Part shown: piece after piece, positions 49,540 through 63,882 of the stretch | Numbering within the stretch: the stretch's first letter is position 1 | How the letters are laid out: the number at the start of each line of letters is the position of its first letter | Assembly (NCBI GenBank): GCA_964252035.1 | Contig: OZ176201.1 | DNA: 64,000 nt | DNA from: Podarcis erhardii | Taxonomy: Eukaryota | Reading direction: 5' to 3' (one strand) | The notes under the pieces: model-generated | What the model saw: the letters and a program-made list of their open reading frames with translations, nothing else | Told to the model about the DNA's origin: nothing | Databases searched by the model: none | Translations under genes and position numbers: made by a program

Positions 49540-49669
49540 GTGTGCAATCCTAAACATACTTACTTATGAGTAAGTTCAACTCAGTGCTGTGCTAGGTGAT
49601 AAACTCATTTTCAGTTACATACACACAGATACACACAGATACACACACACACACACACACCATTTTAAG

Positions 49670-51085
49670 ACCATTATATAACATCAGAAGAGCCCTGCTG
49701 TATCAGGCCAATCTGGTCCACCTTATCCATCATCCTGATCTCACAATGATCAATCAGATGCCTGTGAGAAATCAGCAAGCAGCATCTGAGCACAAAACAC
49801 TCTCCCCTCCTGTGGTTTCCAGCAACCAGTATTCAGAAGCATAATGCCTCTGACCATCCTCTGTATCCATGGTACATGAAGGCATAGCCTCCATTGTGGC
49901 TAGTAGCCATTTATAGACTTATCTCCCATTAAATAGTTTAATGCTCCAAGTTGGTGACCACCACTGCCTCCTGCGGAAATCAGCACTTTCTTTTACCTGT
50001 CCCGAATCTTCCAATGTTCAGCAAAATTGAATGTCCACAAGTTCTTATGTTATGAGACAAGGATAAATTATGCATCCATGACATGCATACTGTAATGTTA
50101 TAAAATGTCTATCATGTCACCTCACTTGCTTTCCCCCTAAACTAAGAAATCCCAAATACCACAACCTTTCCTCATAGGGGAGTTTGATTACTTTGGTTGC
50201 CTTTCTGTGAACCTTTTCCAACTCTACAATATCCTTTTTGAGGTGAAGTGATCAGAACTGCATCACATTCCAAATGCTGTCGCACCATAGATTTGTATAA
50301 TGACGTTATGATGCCAGCAGTTTTATTTTCCTTTCCTATTGATCCCTAACATGGAATTTGCTATTTTCACTGCTGCTACACACTGGGTTGACATCTTAAT
50401 TGAGCTACAGTATATACTTATGAGACCAAGGTGTCATTCCTGGACAGTCACTAGTGCTGCAAACCCCATGAACGTATACAAGAAATGGAGTTTTTTTTTT
50501 GTCCCGACATTCATCACTTTACGCTTGTTTCCACTGAATTACATCTGCTATTTTACCACCCATTCACTGCATTTGTATAGGTCTTTTGAGAGGTCTCCGT
50601 GATCTCCTTTTGTTTTTAATTACTCTGGACAATTTAATATAATCAGCCACCTCACTGTTCACCCCTATCTCTAGATCGTTCATGACCAGGTTAAAAAACA
50701 CAGGTCCTTGGGGGACTCTACTTTCTACATCCCTCCAGTGGAAGAACTGTCTGTTTATTCCTTCTCACTGCTTTATGCTACTTAACTAATTCCTGTTCAA
50801 GAAGTGGAACTCTCTTCTGATGCCATGACTGTTAAACTTACTCAGGATTCTTTGATGATAGCTTTTTGAAAGTCCAAACACACTATGTCATCCAGATCAC
50901 CTTTATTTATATGCTTGCTTAGACTCTCAAAGAATTCTAATAGGTTTATGAAATAGGACTTGCGTTTGCAGAAGCCGTGCTGGCTCTGCTTCAACAAGGC
51001 TTGTTCTTCTATATCCTTAGTTACTTTAATAATACTTTCTACCAGTTTTCCCAGGGCAGACATTAAATTAACTGGCCTGCAGTCC
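49670..51085 (-). mobile_element. Degenerate CR1 LINE (RT domain to 3' end)
   Basis: Minus-strand peptide GKLVESIIK...LLKQSQHGFCKRKS...NLLEFFE...DIVCLDFQKA is a CR1 RT signature. It has many stops and frameshifts. Confidence 0.88.
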
Positions 51086-52162
51086 CCAGGTTTCCACCCC
51101 GGATTCCTTATTACAAATTACAGGCTTTTCTGTTTCGTTTTCAGAAAGTTTGAGACCTGATGACCGTTGAGAGAGTAGATGCCAGTTCCCAGGAACAGAC
51201 CCAACTTGTCCTCATCATGTTTTGCTTTTTTGTTTAATTTTGTGATGACGTACAATCCAAAAACTTGATAAAGAATGTGTCGCAGGCTTTGTGTTTGTTA
51301 TATTAAGCTAAACATGTTTACATGTAAAATGATAATATAAGAAATAACCAGCATTCCATTTATATTTCTTAGCTGGCAAAAATGTGGTGGGAGAAACAGT
51401 AACTTTAAATGACATTTTGAAAAATGTTACTGTTAAAATGAGATACAGTATTATAATTCTCCCAATTAGTATTCCCCAATTTTTCTCTCATGTGTGAGTC
51501 TCCATTCTGTACAATCCCTGATCCAAAACTGCTGGAGGAAGGACCAACCAAGTGTATTTCTTTACAAAAAGGCCAAGAGTGCTCTAGTAGTTCCTCAGCA
51601 CTGTAGGAGCAGCACCTTGACTTTCAGTTGCTAAAGTCTTTCAAGGTTTCTCCCTCCCTCCCCCAGGCTCCTTCCTTATCACCACCATCACCATTTAATT
51701 AAAGTATCTAAAATGCACACAGTTCTGTCCAGCATTTCCTTGCAAATTTGAGGACATGAAACACAAGGAATGGGAAGGTGGAAAGTTAGGGAAAATCCAC
51801 CAGATTATGTGGCAAGACGAAAGAGGATTTAAGGAGAATCAGTTTGATAGTCAGAAAAGTAATTACTGAGGGGACAGGATAAAAACCGGCTTCTTCTTGC
51901 TTTGAATTCCGCAGGAGCTGGGAAGGAACAGCAATTCTCATCTGCTGGATTTGTAGCTCCCAACGGAAGATTCTGGTGGGCAGGAAGTGCACTTTCAACC
52001 TCCTCAGGCACGTTTCTTCCCTCTGCTCCAGAGCAGAATCCAGGGCAAAGGAGAATTTTTTAGGGAAATGTGCTGGGATCCCTAACAAATGTTTTTAGGG
52101 AGACTTCTTACCTCTTAAGGACCTCCTCAGGTTAGTTTCTGACACCTCTTTTCCCCTTGCAG

Positions 52163-52189
52163 ATGCCTGCACCTGGAGGTAGCCATTGA
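52163..52189 (+). other. Upstream ORF (MPAPGGSH*) in the PTGER1 5' UTR
   Basis: ATG at the first three bases of exon 2. TGA at 52187-52189 ends one base before the main ATG at 52191. Confidence 0.6.
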
Positions 52190-52190
52190 C

Positions 52191-53018
52191 ATGATGTCCG
52201 GCATCCACTCTCCCAATGCTTCACAGGCTTCACCTGTGAACCACTCCTCATGCTGCACAGAGCCCACAAAGATCCAGAGCTCTGCAAGGGCATCTTCACC
52301 TGCCGCCCCCATTTTCTCTTTGACCTTGGGTGCTGTCTCCAATGTGGTGGCTTTGGCTATCCTGGTGCAGTCTTACACTCGCTTCCGGCGCCGCTCCAAG
52401 GCCACCTTTCTGCTGTACGCTAGCAGCCTGGTTATCACCGACCTCGCAGGCCACGTCATTCCAGGCTCCTTCGTGCTGCGTCTTTATGCCACACAGAGCA
52501 ACTGGGAAAAGATGGACCCTTCTAAATCCCTCTGCCAGTTCTTTGGAGCCTCAATGGTATTTTTTGGACTGTGCCCGCTCTTCCTGGGCTGCATCATGGC
52601 AGTGGAGCGCTGTGTGGGCATCACTCGTCCTTTGTTGCATGCTTCCTTGGTGACGCCAGGCCGGACTAAACTTTCCTTGCTGGGACTGTGGGGCACTGCC
52701 CTTGCCATTGCCCTGCTGCCTCTCTGCAGCTTCGGGAGCTATGTCGTCCAGGCCCCAGGCACCTGGTGTTTCATCAAGGTGCGAGAGGCAGAAGCTTGGC
52801 CTGACGTGGGCTTTGCCCTGCTCTTCTCCACACTGGGCTTGGCCTCGCTGGTGGCCTCCCTCTTCTGCAACACCTTCAGTGGACTCAACCTGGTGCGGGC
52901 CCGGCTCCGCAGTCAGCGCAAGTGTGGGCACCGGCGGGCCAAAGCCCATGACATTGAGATGGTTGTGCAGCTGGTGGGGATCATGGTGGTTTCCTGCATC
53001 TGCTGGAGCCCCTTACTG
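52191..53018 (+). CDS. PTGER1: Prostaglandin E2 receptor EP1, first coding exon (TM1 to TM6, 276 codons)
   Basis: Class A GPCR with prostanoid signatures (SNVVALAIL, TDLAGH, MAVERCVGITRPLLHA, PGTWCF, CWSPLL). Two N-glycosylation sequons (NAS, NHS). Donor CTG|gtgagt at the conserved TM6 intron. Synteny with GIPC1. Confidence 0.95.
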
Positions 53019-53831
53019 GTGAGTGGGGTGGGGTGGGAGAGGAGATTAGTGGAAATCATAGTCCTGCTTTTGCATCCAACTTGTCGTTGTGAGAACAGGA
53101 TGCTGGTCTAGGTGGACCATTAGGTTCTTAAATGCTGGGACGTCTAAGAGGCAGCTGGGAGGAGCAGCAGCAATAGAATCAAAGCAGGGCATTCATGTGC
53201 TGGTGAGCATCGGTGAAGTCTCCGGCATGGGTGGATAGAATCTTGCGGGGGGCGTGCAGCGCCTTGATGAGGAACGGGATTCAGTTCGCCCAAACTGCAT
53301 GGCAGTGGCATGTTGGACAGGGGACTTTTCCAGCCCTATTTGAAGATAGCAGGGGTTGAGCTTGGAACCTTTCACATCTAAAGCTATGGCCCTTCACCAA
53401 AGTTCTAATGGCACTGATGTAATGTGACTCTGATTCACAGAGGTGCCTTCCTGGGGAAAATTATAATTGGAAGATTTCTGGAGGTCAATACCACCAGGAC
53501 GCCAAAGCATCAGCTAATCAAACTATTATGATGCATGGGCCTCCATGAAGCAGATTTGGTAGGTCCTTTCTTCTCTTAAAGTCCAGGCAGCAAACTAAGC
53601 AGCCATCCCCTTAATGAGTCCATGGCGACTGGGAAGCTCTTATCAAGGAACAAATGTAGGCATGTTGAGTGAGGATGGCGCAATGACTATACTGACAGTT
53701 TGGTGTGTGCATAGTTCCTATTTCTCCGTTTCCAATTTTCGTTAGGATCACCGAGGTCAGGGAGTAAGATACAAGGCCGCAGCAGAACTACTGTCCTCTT
53801 AACTGCTATTCTTGCTTCTTTCTGTTCCCAG

Positions 53832-54116
53832 GTCTTTGTCATCTTGTCAGTGACCAACTCCCATGGAGACCTTAATTATGAGGAGCTGCTATTCCTGGGT
53901 GTGCGACTAGCCTCCTGGAACCAGATCCTAGACCCCTGGGTATATATCCTGCTTCGGCGTGCTGTGCTACGCAAGCTGCTTGCTCTAGTTATTCGGCGCC
54001 CTTATTTCAAGGGAGTCCGCTTTGACCGCTGGGAAGCCAGCTCCTTCCAAAGCTCTGAGCGCAGTATAGGGCTGGCGGGAGCAAGCAGGAGAACCTCTAC
54101 TCTGAAGACCCCCTAA
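53832..54116 (+). CDS. PTGER1: EP1 receptor last coding exon (TM6 end, TM7, C-tail; total protein 370 aa)
   Basis: Acceptor ttctgttcccag|GTC. Encodes [20 protein letters not shown], with the TM7 Arg and DPWVY motif. TAA at 54114-54116. Confidence 0.95.
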   Translation, partial: VFVILSVTNSHGDLNYEELLFLGVRLASWNQILDPWVYILLRRAVLRKLLALVIRRPYFKGVRFDRWEASSFQSSERSIGLAGASRRTSTLKTP

Positions 54117-55666
54117 GGAGCACGTTTTGCACATTCTCCGTTGTTTGCAGAATTATCTCCCCTGGGATTCAGCCAGCATCAAGGGTCCTTGGATGGTAGT
54201 GCTGTATGCAAGGAGCGGATATGGCATTCTCAGTTTACCCTCTCTGCCAAAAGAGCGATGGGATTCAAGATTGTGGAGAAGAGCATGCTGCTGGGCCCAG
54301 TTCCCTACCTAGTTGGGACTTTACGGTGGACAAGGGGCACTGGATCTTTTTTGGGAGATTTGTGAAGGAATTGTGATCATCTTTTCTTGGCGGGTTGTGT
54401 GTTTGTGTGTGTGCCCCACAGCAGTGTTTACAAAAGTGTCTTGGGTTCAGTTCCTGGCACCACCCGTTCTGCAGGGCTGAAGAACTGTGGCTCAGATCCA
54501 GGAGTTTCCAGTACTCAAGGCTAGATGAACCAATGGTCTGACTCAGTATAAAACAGCTTCATATGTTCTGGTAATTTTGTTGATGACAGGGAGGAAAGCC
54601 ATGATTAAGTGCGTTCTGAGTGTACCCAACACTTTCTTGGTACAAGCTATGTGGTATGAATGGAAACCTTGACTTGTTATTAGTGTTCTAGTCCAAAGTG
54701 GTGAGTTGTCAGTGCTTCAGAGCACAATGGCATCCATGAATGCCCCCCCCCCATTCCATATTTCAATGATAACCTCTATGGGGCATAAAGCTTGCTTGTG
54801 GATTCATTACTAGGCAAGGAGACAACTTCTGCGATGATAAAAATAGAGGGGGAGACCTTTGGCATCCTTTCTTGGATAATTTGCTTTAGGCATTTTATTA
54901 TCCAGCTGTAGTTGATATACAGCATTATGTTTAATCCGCAGTGACCTGGACACTCTGGGCCCACAATGTTCTTTCCACATCCCACTCTAGAGGCTGCTGC
55001 AGTTCAGTGCTGTGCAAAGGAACACATACATAAATCGGCACCCTTCCTCAGAGGCAGCAGCATATCTGTCCAAGAAAAAAATAATCCCTGCATAATGTCC
55101 TTTCCTAAAACAGGAGAGCAGAACTAGGGCACAGGGTAATGATGACTCAGGACAGCATTTAATTTAGATATAAACTTGGTCATTCCAGGGAACCCCTGCA
55201 TGCAAATAGGGATGCTCAATGGGGTGAGAGGGTTGGAAATGTGATAACCGAAAGCTCTTCCACACAGCTTCCCACCCTCAATGGGAAATGAGGAAGCTCC
55301 TCCTGGAACTGAGCACTTATAAGTGAGCTACTTCCATAGACAGGAAAGAGTTGGCGGATCACCAGGCAGATGGAAGCCTATCTGGCTTACCATGAATTCC
55401 AATTAGATGGGAGGCTGCCAAGGGCCCTGCAGTGTAGTCTACTGTACTGGAGAGGTAGGTGGGACTAGCCAACAGACCATAAGTGGGGTGCCTCCAGCTG
55501 CTGTTATGCTCTGGACTTAGGATAATGGTCCTCCGGGGACTTTCAGGGGACAGTGGGAAAATCCTGAGAAGCTTGTTCTGCAGGGATCATGCAGGCAGGG
55601 GATCTAGGCTACTGCTTGCTGGTGCTCTGGCCTGAGAGAGCTGTTGATTGGCGCAGACCATTCTAC

Positions 55667-55672
55667 AATAAA
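55667..55672 (+). terminator. Candidate PTGER1 polyadenylation signal AATAAA
   Basis: First AATAAA I found after the PTGER1 stop, followed by U/GU-rich gtatttttgtg. Confidence 0.6.
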
Positions 55673-55704
55673 GTATTTTTGTGGAGCATTCTGTCCTATT
55701 GCAC

Positions 55705-55710
55705 TTTATT
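55705..55710 (-). terminator. Candidate distal polyadenylation signal of the VCP-like gene
   Basis: TTTATT on the + strand is AATAAA on the - strand, facing the PTGER1 signal. Confidence 0.45.
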
Positions 55711-56160
55711 GTCTTCATGCCACTGACTAAATCCCAGCATTCCTGCTGTCAGCTGGCTCTGTCAGCCCTACTAATCTGGTAGGCAGAGTTCTCCATTTAT
55801 CTCATAGTGTGTTTACTCTTTTCCCACTCTGTGATTTCTCTGCTCTGCCTGTCCTTGCCTCTTCCTAGAACTACTTGATGACTATGGGGCATGTGTGATT
55901 GGGCCTCTGGAAACCTGGCTGAAATATGGCAAACGTCCACAACAGGAGAAGGGAAAGTTTAACGTTTTCCCAGCATAGATGGGAATTAGTAGCAGAATCA
56001 TAGGTCTCTCTCTGTCTGCCAACATGCCCTGCCTGTTCAGTTCTGGAGCTTACTGCCCCAAGCCATTCCAGCCCCTGCAGATGTGAAGTCTGCACACACA
56101 AGACATTACACTTCAGGCTTTTATAAAATTCCTCCCCGTATAAGGGGCATGCACTTTCAG

Positions 56161-56166
56161 TTTATT
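56161..56166 (-). terminator. Candidate proximal polyadenylation signal of the VCP-like gene
   Basis: First minus-strand AATAAA I found after the stop codon (~630 nt 3' UTR). Confidence 0.5.
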
Positions 56167-56797
56167 AAGACATCCAGAAATCTCTGTCAACTGGTATCAC
56201 AAACTGGAGTTCATTGGCTTCATGCATAACTGCAGACTTCAAAAGCTGTCTTTGCTGTGGAATAAGAAAGGACTAATGGGAGCAGGCTGGGTCGCCTTGC
56301 GAAAGGATCCTCCTGTTCCCTGGTTTCTAAAAAAGTGGGAGCCATCAATACATATGCTACAAGGTGCAGGCACCAGCTTGGGACAGTTTGAGATGAGATC
56401 AAGGGATAAGTGGGCAGCTTTGCACCCTGTGAGGAATCTGGCTGGTTGGCGGAAACAGAATGCCAGATTAGATGGACCTTTGCCTCTGATCCAGCAGCTG
56501 CTTAGGCTTTTGCTGCCCCCTGGTGACTTCCGTGGGTATTGCCTTGGACACCCAACAAATGCAAGGGCTGTCGGTGCCATGAGATTCCTGGTAGTGGCCA
56601 AGACAGGCACAAACACTGAAAGAGGCATCTGGCCCCCAAATCAGGGACGAGGAGTTTGCCTCTGGTAGCTCAGATTCCACATACAAGGATGAGGGTAGGA
56701 GTTGGGGCTCAAGCACCAGCCCTGACATTAAAGAGCACAATAACTATGAGAATACAGGGTAAACAATGCCAGCAAAAAGGAGGCATTTCCTGCACAA

Positions 56798-56903
56798 TCA
56801 GTTGTAAAGATCATCATCGCCCTCCTCTTGGAAGAGGCTTCCTTGGCCACTGCTGCTTCCACTGTTTCCCTCTCCACTGGTGCTCTGCTTTCCAGATGGA
56901 AAC
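56798..56903 (-). CDS. VCP-like: VCP/p97 paralog, last coding exon (FPSGKQSTSGEGNSGSSSGQGSLFQEEGDDDLYN*)
   Basis: Acceptor ctccacag|G. 106 nt, as recalled for human VCP exon 17. p97-type DDDLY(X) terminus and TGA stop. Confidence 0.92.
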
Positions 56904-57731
56904 CTGTGGAGATAAAGAATGGCCTTGGTTTCATGCAAGAGAAAGTTGGGTTATTCTGTTTTATGAATGTGGGCACTGATCTGGTTGTACTCTACATAAA
57001 CAAGATGTTAAAATAATGTGGATGTGATGCACATCCCAATGCACATAAAAACCCATCCCGTTTAAAGTAATGCAATATGGAGGGACTGTATCTGAATGCA
57101 CATCTAATTTATACCTGCAATTCAGAGTCTGCAGGTACCGCCTGTGGATCTCCATAGCTGGGTCAGGGCAATGCTGTTTTTGAATGGTCTTTTGTTTATT
57201 TTAGCTAGTATGTGTGTGTTTAATTCTATTGCACTTCTTTTGAATGGTACCCTTTATTTTGTATATGGAATTTAACATCTTACACTAACTTGAGAGCCCT
57301 CACTGGGTCATACACTTAATAATAAAAAGTATTATTTTCAGTTGGTTGGGATGATGAAATGCAACCCTCGGAAATCTTGATAGTACTGTTATTATTTAAT
57401 TTATTTAATTTGTTAGTCACTTTATCCTGCCCAAGGCAACCCAAAGCAACTTACAAAACTTAGCAGAGTGACAAGGTAGATAGTAGAGAGTCAAGCTACA
57501 TAGTAGAGTCAAGCTGAGGTTCCTGTATCTTGTTTCAAAGAACAAATTTCCCCCTATCCTAGGAAAAGGGAACCTAGGAATGTTGTTGAACTTCAGCCTT
57601 CACTAATCCCAGCCATGGGAGTTCTGGTCAAACAACATCTGTGGGGCCAAGTTCCTCACCCAGGCCCTGTCCACTGCACTGAAGTGAAACTCTAGCTTGG
57701 GGCAGAGGAAGCAAAAAGTTCTCCAACATTA

Positions 57732-57884
<153 letters not shown>

Positions 57885-58093
57885 CTATCACAAAAGGGCA
57901 GGGGGGGGAATGTTGTTGAGCTGCATCCTTACAAGCACCAAAGCCCTGTGAGATCAATGCAATTGAGGAGACTGTGGCCCCACGATGGGGGGGTGGCCAT
58001 AAAGTTCCCAGAATACTATGCAGGGAAGAGCAGGGCATGAGGCAATGGAAGGAATCCCGCCTGGCCCTGTTGGGATGTGGGGAAGTCTCACTA

Positions 58094-58282
<189 letters not shown>

Positions 58283-58471
58283 TTACTGGAAAGGTCCTGC
58301 CAACACAGAAAAAAAACATTCCCTGTTTGAAGAAGAGAAACATACCTTTCGTGCAATACATCCTCCTCTGTTGGAAGACAGTGGTGGTGGAGGCCAGGAT
58401 GCGGTCTCAGAATACTATCCCCATTTCTACTATCTACTTCCCATGCTGTTTCAGTTCCCCTCCTGTGTTCA

Positions 58472-58666
<195 letters not shown>

Positions 58667-60189
58667 TCACCCTAGATAAGGCACTCCACATCTCAGCTCA
58701 GCTCAGCTCAGCAACAGCACAGACGGGGGTATCCATTCACAAGTGTCAAGGCAGGGAAAGGGAATATTTTTTACCCAGAGATACACATTCCTTTGGAGCA
58801 AAGCAGGGTCTGCATACCAACAATCACTCTTGTTAAAGGTTTCCTCGCTTAGCTTCCCTGTTGTGTGCTGAAAAAGGAATATGGATTCACTATGGTCAAC
58901 GGGAATAGAGAGCCATCCCCTTAGAGAACTGTGTTTCTTGATTCCCCCAAGGCAGCGACACATGACTCTCCTCACTCAAGCTCTTAGTTTCATTGGTAAC
59001 CAAGCTTAAAGCAAAGAGCAGATTCTATAGTCGTGACGGATAAGAATTAACAAGGAAGGAGGTGTAACTTTGCATGAAGGGAAGCTGTGAGACAGAACAT
59101 TCTCCTTCCGAAGAACCCTCCTTCCAAAGCCTGCTTCTATGGAGGCATGGAGCTCTAACTTTCAGTGCCTGGCAAATGTACACACTGGCGAGCACATCGC
59201 CACATAAAGAATGTAGCATTGCTAGCGTTAGTGAAAAGGGCTGCTGCTGGCCTACAGGAATGTGCCATGATCTGTAAATGAGTGGGGAAATGTTGGGATT
59301 CATAAGCTAGGACTACGTAGGCTTTGATCTACTGGGCACTGGTGGGACCCATTCTCCTCACCTAGTGAAGTTGGATGGAACAAGACAAAAGACTGTTGGG
59401 GTTTCTACAGGTCTCCATCCTCTGAATTTAAGTTTTCCACGCCTTTCTAGCATCCAGTTTATGCCAGGTACACTCTCTGGGGTGTTGAGGGTGAGGTTAA
59501 AAGGAGGGTAGGATTAACTCGTGCAGCCTGTGTGGAAGGGTGAATTGACACAAGGGCAGGCAAAATACTAAAAATAAACCTGAGCACAAAGGCAGAAAAG
59601 CGGAAGAGATAAGGAAAACGATAAGAGGAAGCGATAAGGAAAAAATGTCTGACTTGGGTGAAAACTAAAATGAAGCGTGAGTGAGTAGAGGCTATACAAA
59701 ACTTCAAGCCACATGTCCCTGCCATCAGCAAATCAAGGAACAACAGTTTAAGTGAATACCTCCCATGCCAACCTGAGAATAGGGTTCCCTTTCTCAGCAG
59801 GGAAATGAAGCCTCCCTCTCATTCCTTAGTGAGGGACAGAGACACTACTTGGAGGAAGGCTGTGTGTCTGGAGATATAACTGCAGTCCGCATTTGGAAGC
59901 CTTGAGATCGAGATCCAGTCAAGAGGTCCCTCCCCACTGCCCTAAGGACTCACCTCTAATGACCTGGTTCTGATTTAACTCTTTTCCAAAAAAGGCCTCC
60001 TTGCATTCCACCCCAATGAGGGTAAAACGGAATAGAATCTGGGGGTCAAGTGGCTGAGTTTGCACTGGGACAAACAGTCTGGTGTTGATCATATGTCAAC
60101 AGAGCAGCTTTCTTTGAGAGGAGACCCCAGCGCAGTTCTTATGCATGACTCGGCCACCCAACTGTAACCTCCCTTCCCCAGCCTCTTTA

Positions 60190-60507
<318 letters not shown>

Positions 60508-61203
60508 CTATTTATAGGGTGAAGGTGGTGAACTGAGGGCTGCACAGTAGGTAGCCACCCACACCTGATGGCAATAAAAAGCTGGAGGCTCTCAGCTCAG
60601 TGGTTCCCAAGTAATATGTTAGGAAGGACCTAGTTAACACTGAGTGCTTAGTGGGCAGATCTTCAGGCTGCCAATAAGAATGCAGCAGAGAAATAGTATT
60701 CCACAAAGACTATATAGTAACTATATAGGTATCTGCTTCCTGTGGAAGACTGATAGGCAAATCTTTATTGAACATATCACCAGGGGCCTCCCTTAACAAC
60801 GAACAACTAAGTCTCTGGAATCAGTGCCCTAATTTCCTCTGCCATTTTTAAAAATGATAATAAAGTCTGGAGGTTTGCTACAATCTCCTTTGCTTTTGGT
60901 TCTTCATATGGGCTACTGGAAAGTAGTTGGAACCTCCAGTTCCTGCCCTCCCGTTACTTATTTGCTTATTCATTCAGCCATAAAATGTATATCCTGCGCT
61001 TTGTTACATGGCCTCAGGACCAGTTGCAACTAAGATACATATAACAATCCAAAAACTACTTACAGAGCTATAGAATACTGCATTTAGAATTCAGTATACA
61101 TCCCCATTCATTTGACAACACTAAAAAATGGCTTGCTGTTGTTTCTCAAAGGCCTGGTAAGAGAGAAATGCCTTTATCTGAAGCTGAAAGCTATCCAGTG
61201 TCA

Positions 61204-61762
<559 letters not shown>

Positions 61763-62410
61763 CTACAAAGCAGAAGAGAACATGAAGCATTGAGGTTCTG
61801 TGCCTCCCTGGACAGAGGTAGGAGGTTCCTTCCTTGCTTCCCATAGAATCCTCCAAGAGCAATCCAGAAACACCAGGGCACTTTGGCCAGGCAGGCAGGC
61901 GGGCAAGTGAGCAAGTATGTGGGCAACCAAAGCCAGTGAGGAGGAGGGAACCAGAGGTGCACGAAGGCAGGAAGGCACAGTGGAAAAGGGAAGGTCTAAG
62001 TCACTCCGCATTGTGGAAGACAGGAGAAAAAAAGCCTGCATTTTGAAGTGCCGTCTTCCTTTTCTGGCTTCCCAGCACACCAGCAGTGGTGGAGGGAAGT
62101 GGGGGAGAGGACAAAGTGGAGAAAGAAGCTTTGCTCTGACACTCACTCACTCTCTCTCACACAAACATACATACACAAAACCTGCTGCAGCTGAAGAAAG
62201 CACAAGAAAGAAGCCCACATTTTCAACGCTGGCTTTTTCCTCCTGTCTCAAGCAGCAGCAGCAACAGTGGGATCAACAGGGAGACGGGGGGTGTAAAGGG
62301 AGTGGGGTTAGCAAGGGGGAAGTGGGTTTGGTAGGGCCACTGGGGTTGGCGAACAAAGTGAACAGGGGTAACAGCTATATTATATATATTCAGCTTAAGA
62401 GCTCTTGCTA

Positions 62411-62650
<240 letters not shown>

Positions 62651-63377
62651 CTAGGACAGTTCCTTAAGGGTTCCTGAAGCAGCTTCTAAGGAAAGTGAGC
62701 CTCTCCTAATGATGCAAAGAGCCTTTCCTCGTAGCTAGAGGTGTAATCAGCTGTCCCAGACAATAGACTGCTGGCAAACTTGCTCTTTTAGCACTGAACA
62801 AACACCAATCTGCAGAAAACACGTTTGCCGTCTGCTCCATTTCAGCGCTAAACTGCAGGCTTCCTCAAGGGGCAAACGCAGTGGGGCAAAAGGAAATGTG
62901 GATGAGTCCTCAGTTGACCTCAGGCAAATGTAGAGCACCCTGCATTCTATAGAGGGAACTTTCTGGAACTGCCATTCTACTCTTCATAGCCAGGCTCTGA
63001 GCAAGGATAAGCACACCCCGACAAGCACACACAGGCAATCCCCAAAGCATGCTGCTGTCTCCTTAGGTTTCCTGCATACCCTGTTATCCACTAGTACCTA
63101 TGTACCTCAGAACCTGAGAGCTACTATAATTCATGTGCATCACATCTTTGCACCTAGGGCCATGGCTATTAAGCCCCATCCTCCCCCCCAACCTGGGTCA
63201 CATATGAGGTGCGTCACTTGATGTTCAACCTCTTGGTCAGTGTGGGAAGTGGCACCCTTGAAAGGCATGGCCTGAGGTGAGATGGAGTGTTCCATCTATT
63301 GTGTGTGACCTGTGACAGCTCATTAAGACATGTAGCAGAAATCAAGAGATATGTGTTCCTGCCTAATGCAGCCCTTA

Positions 63378-63626
<249 letters not shown>

Positions 63627-63882
63627 TCATCCTCATAACTATCATATCTTGCAGACGAGGGAACAATGAATGGGAAGTGGGTCTAAGTAGTTAGGATGTG
63701 TCCCTGGAGATGGGTTGGCACCTGGGAAGGTTAAGGCCCCCATGGATTAAACAAGAGAGCTAGAAACTTGTCTCTTGTTACAGCCAGCATCTTTAGGAGC
63801 AACTTGTGACAATGGGACTCTGGTATTTTCCTCAATGGACTTAAGGCTCACAACCAAAGGAGGAGAAGGAGGAGAGTCCCTA

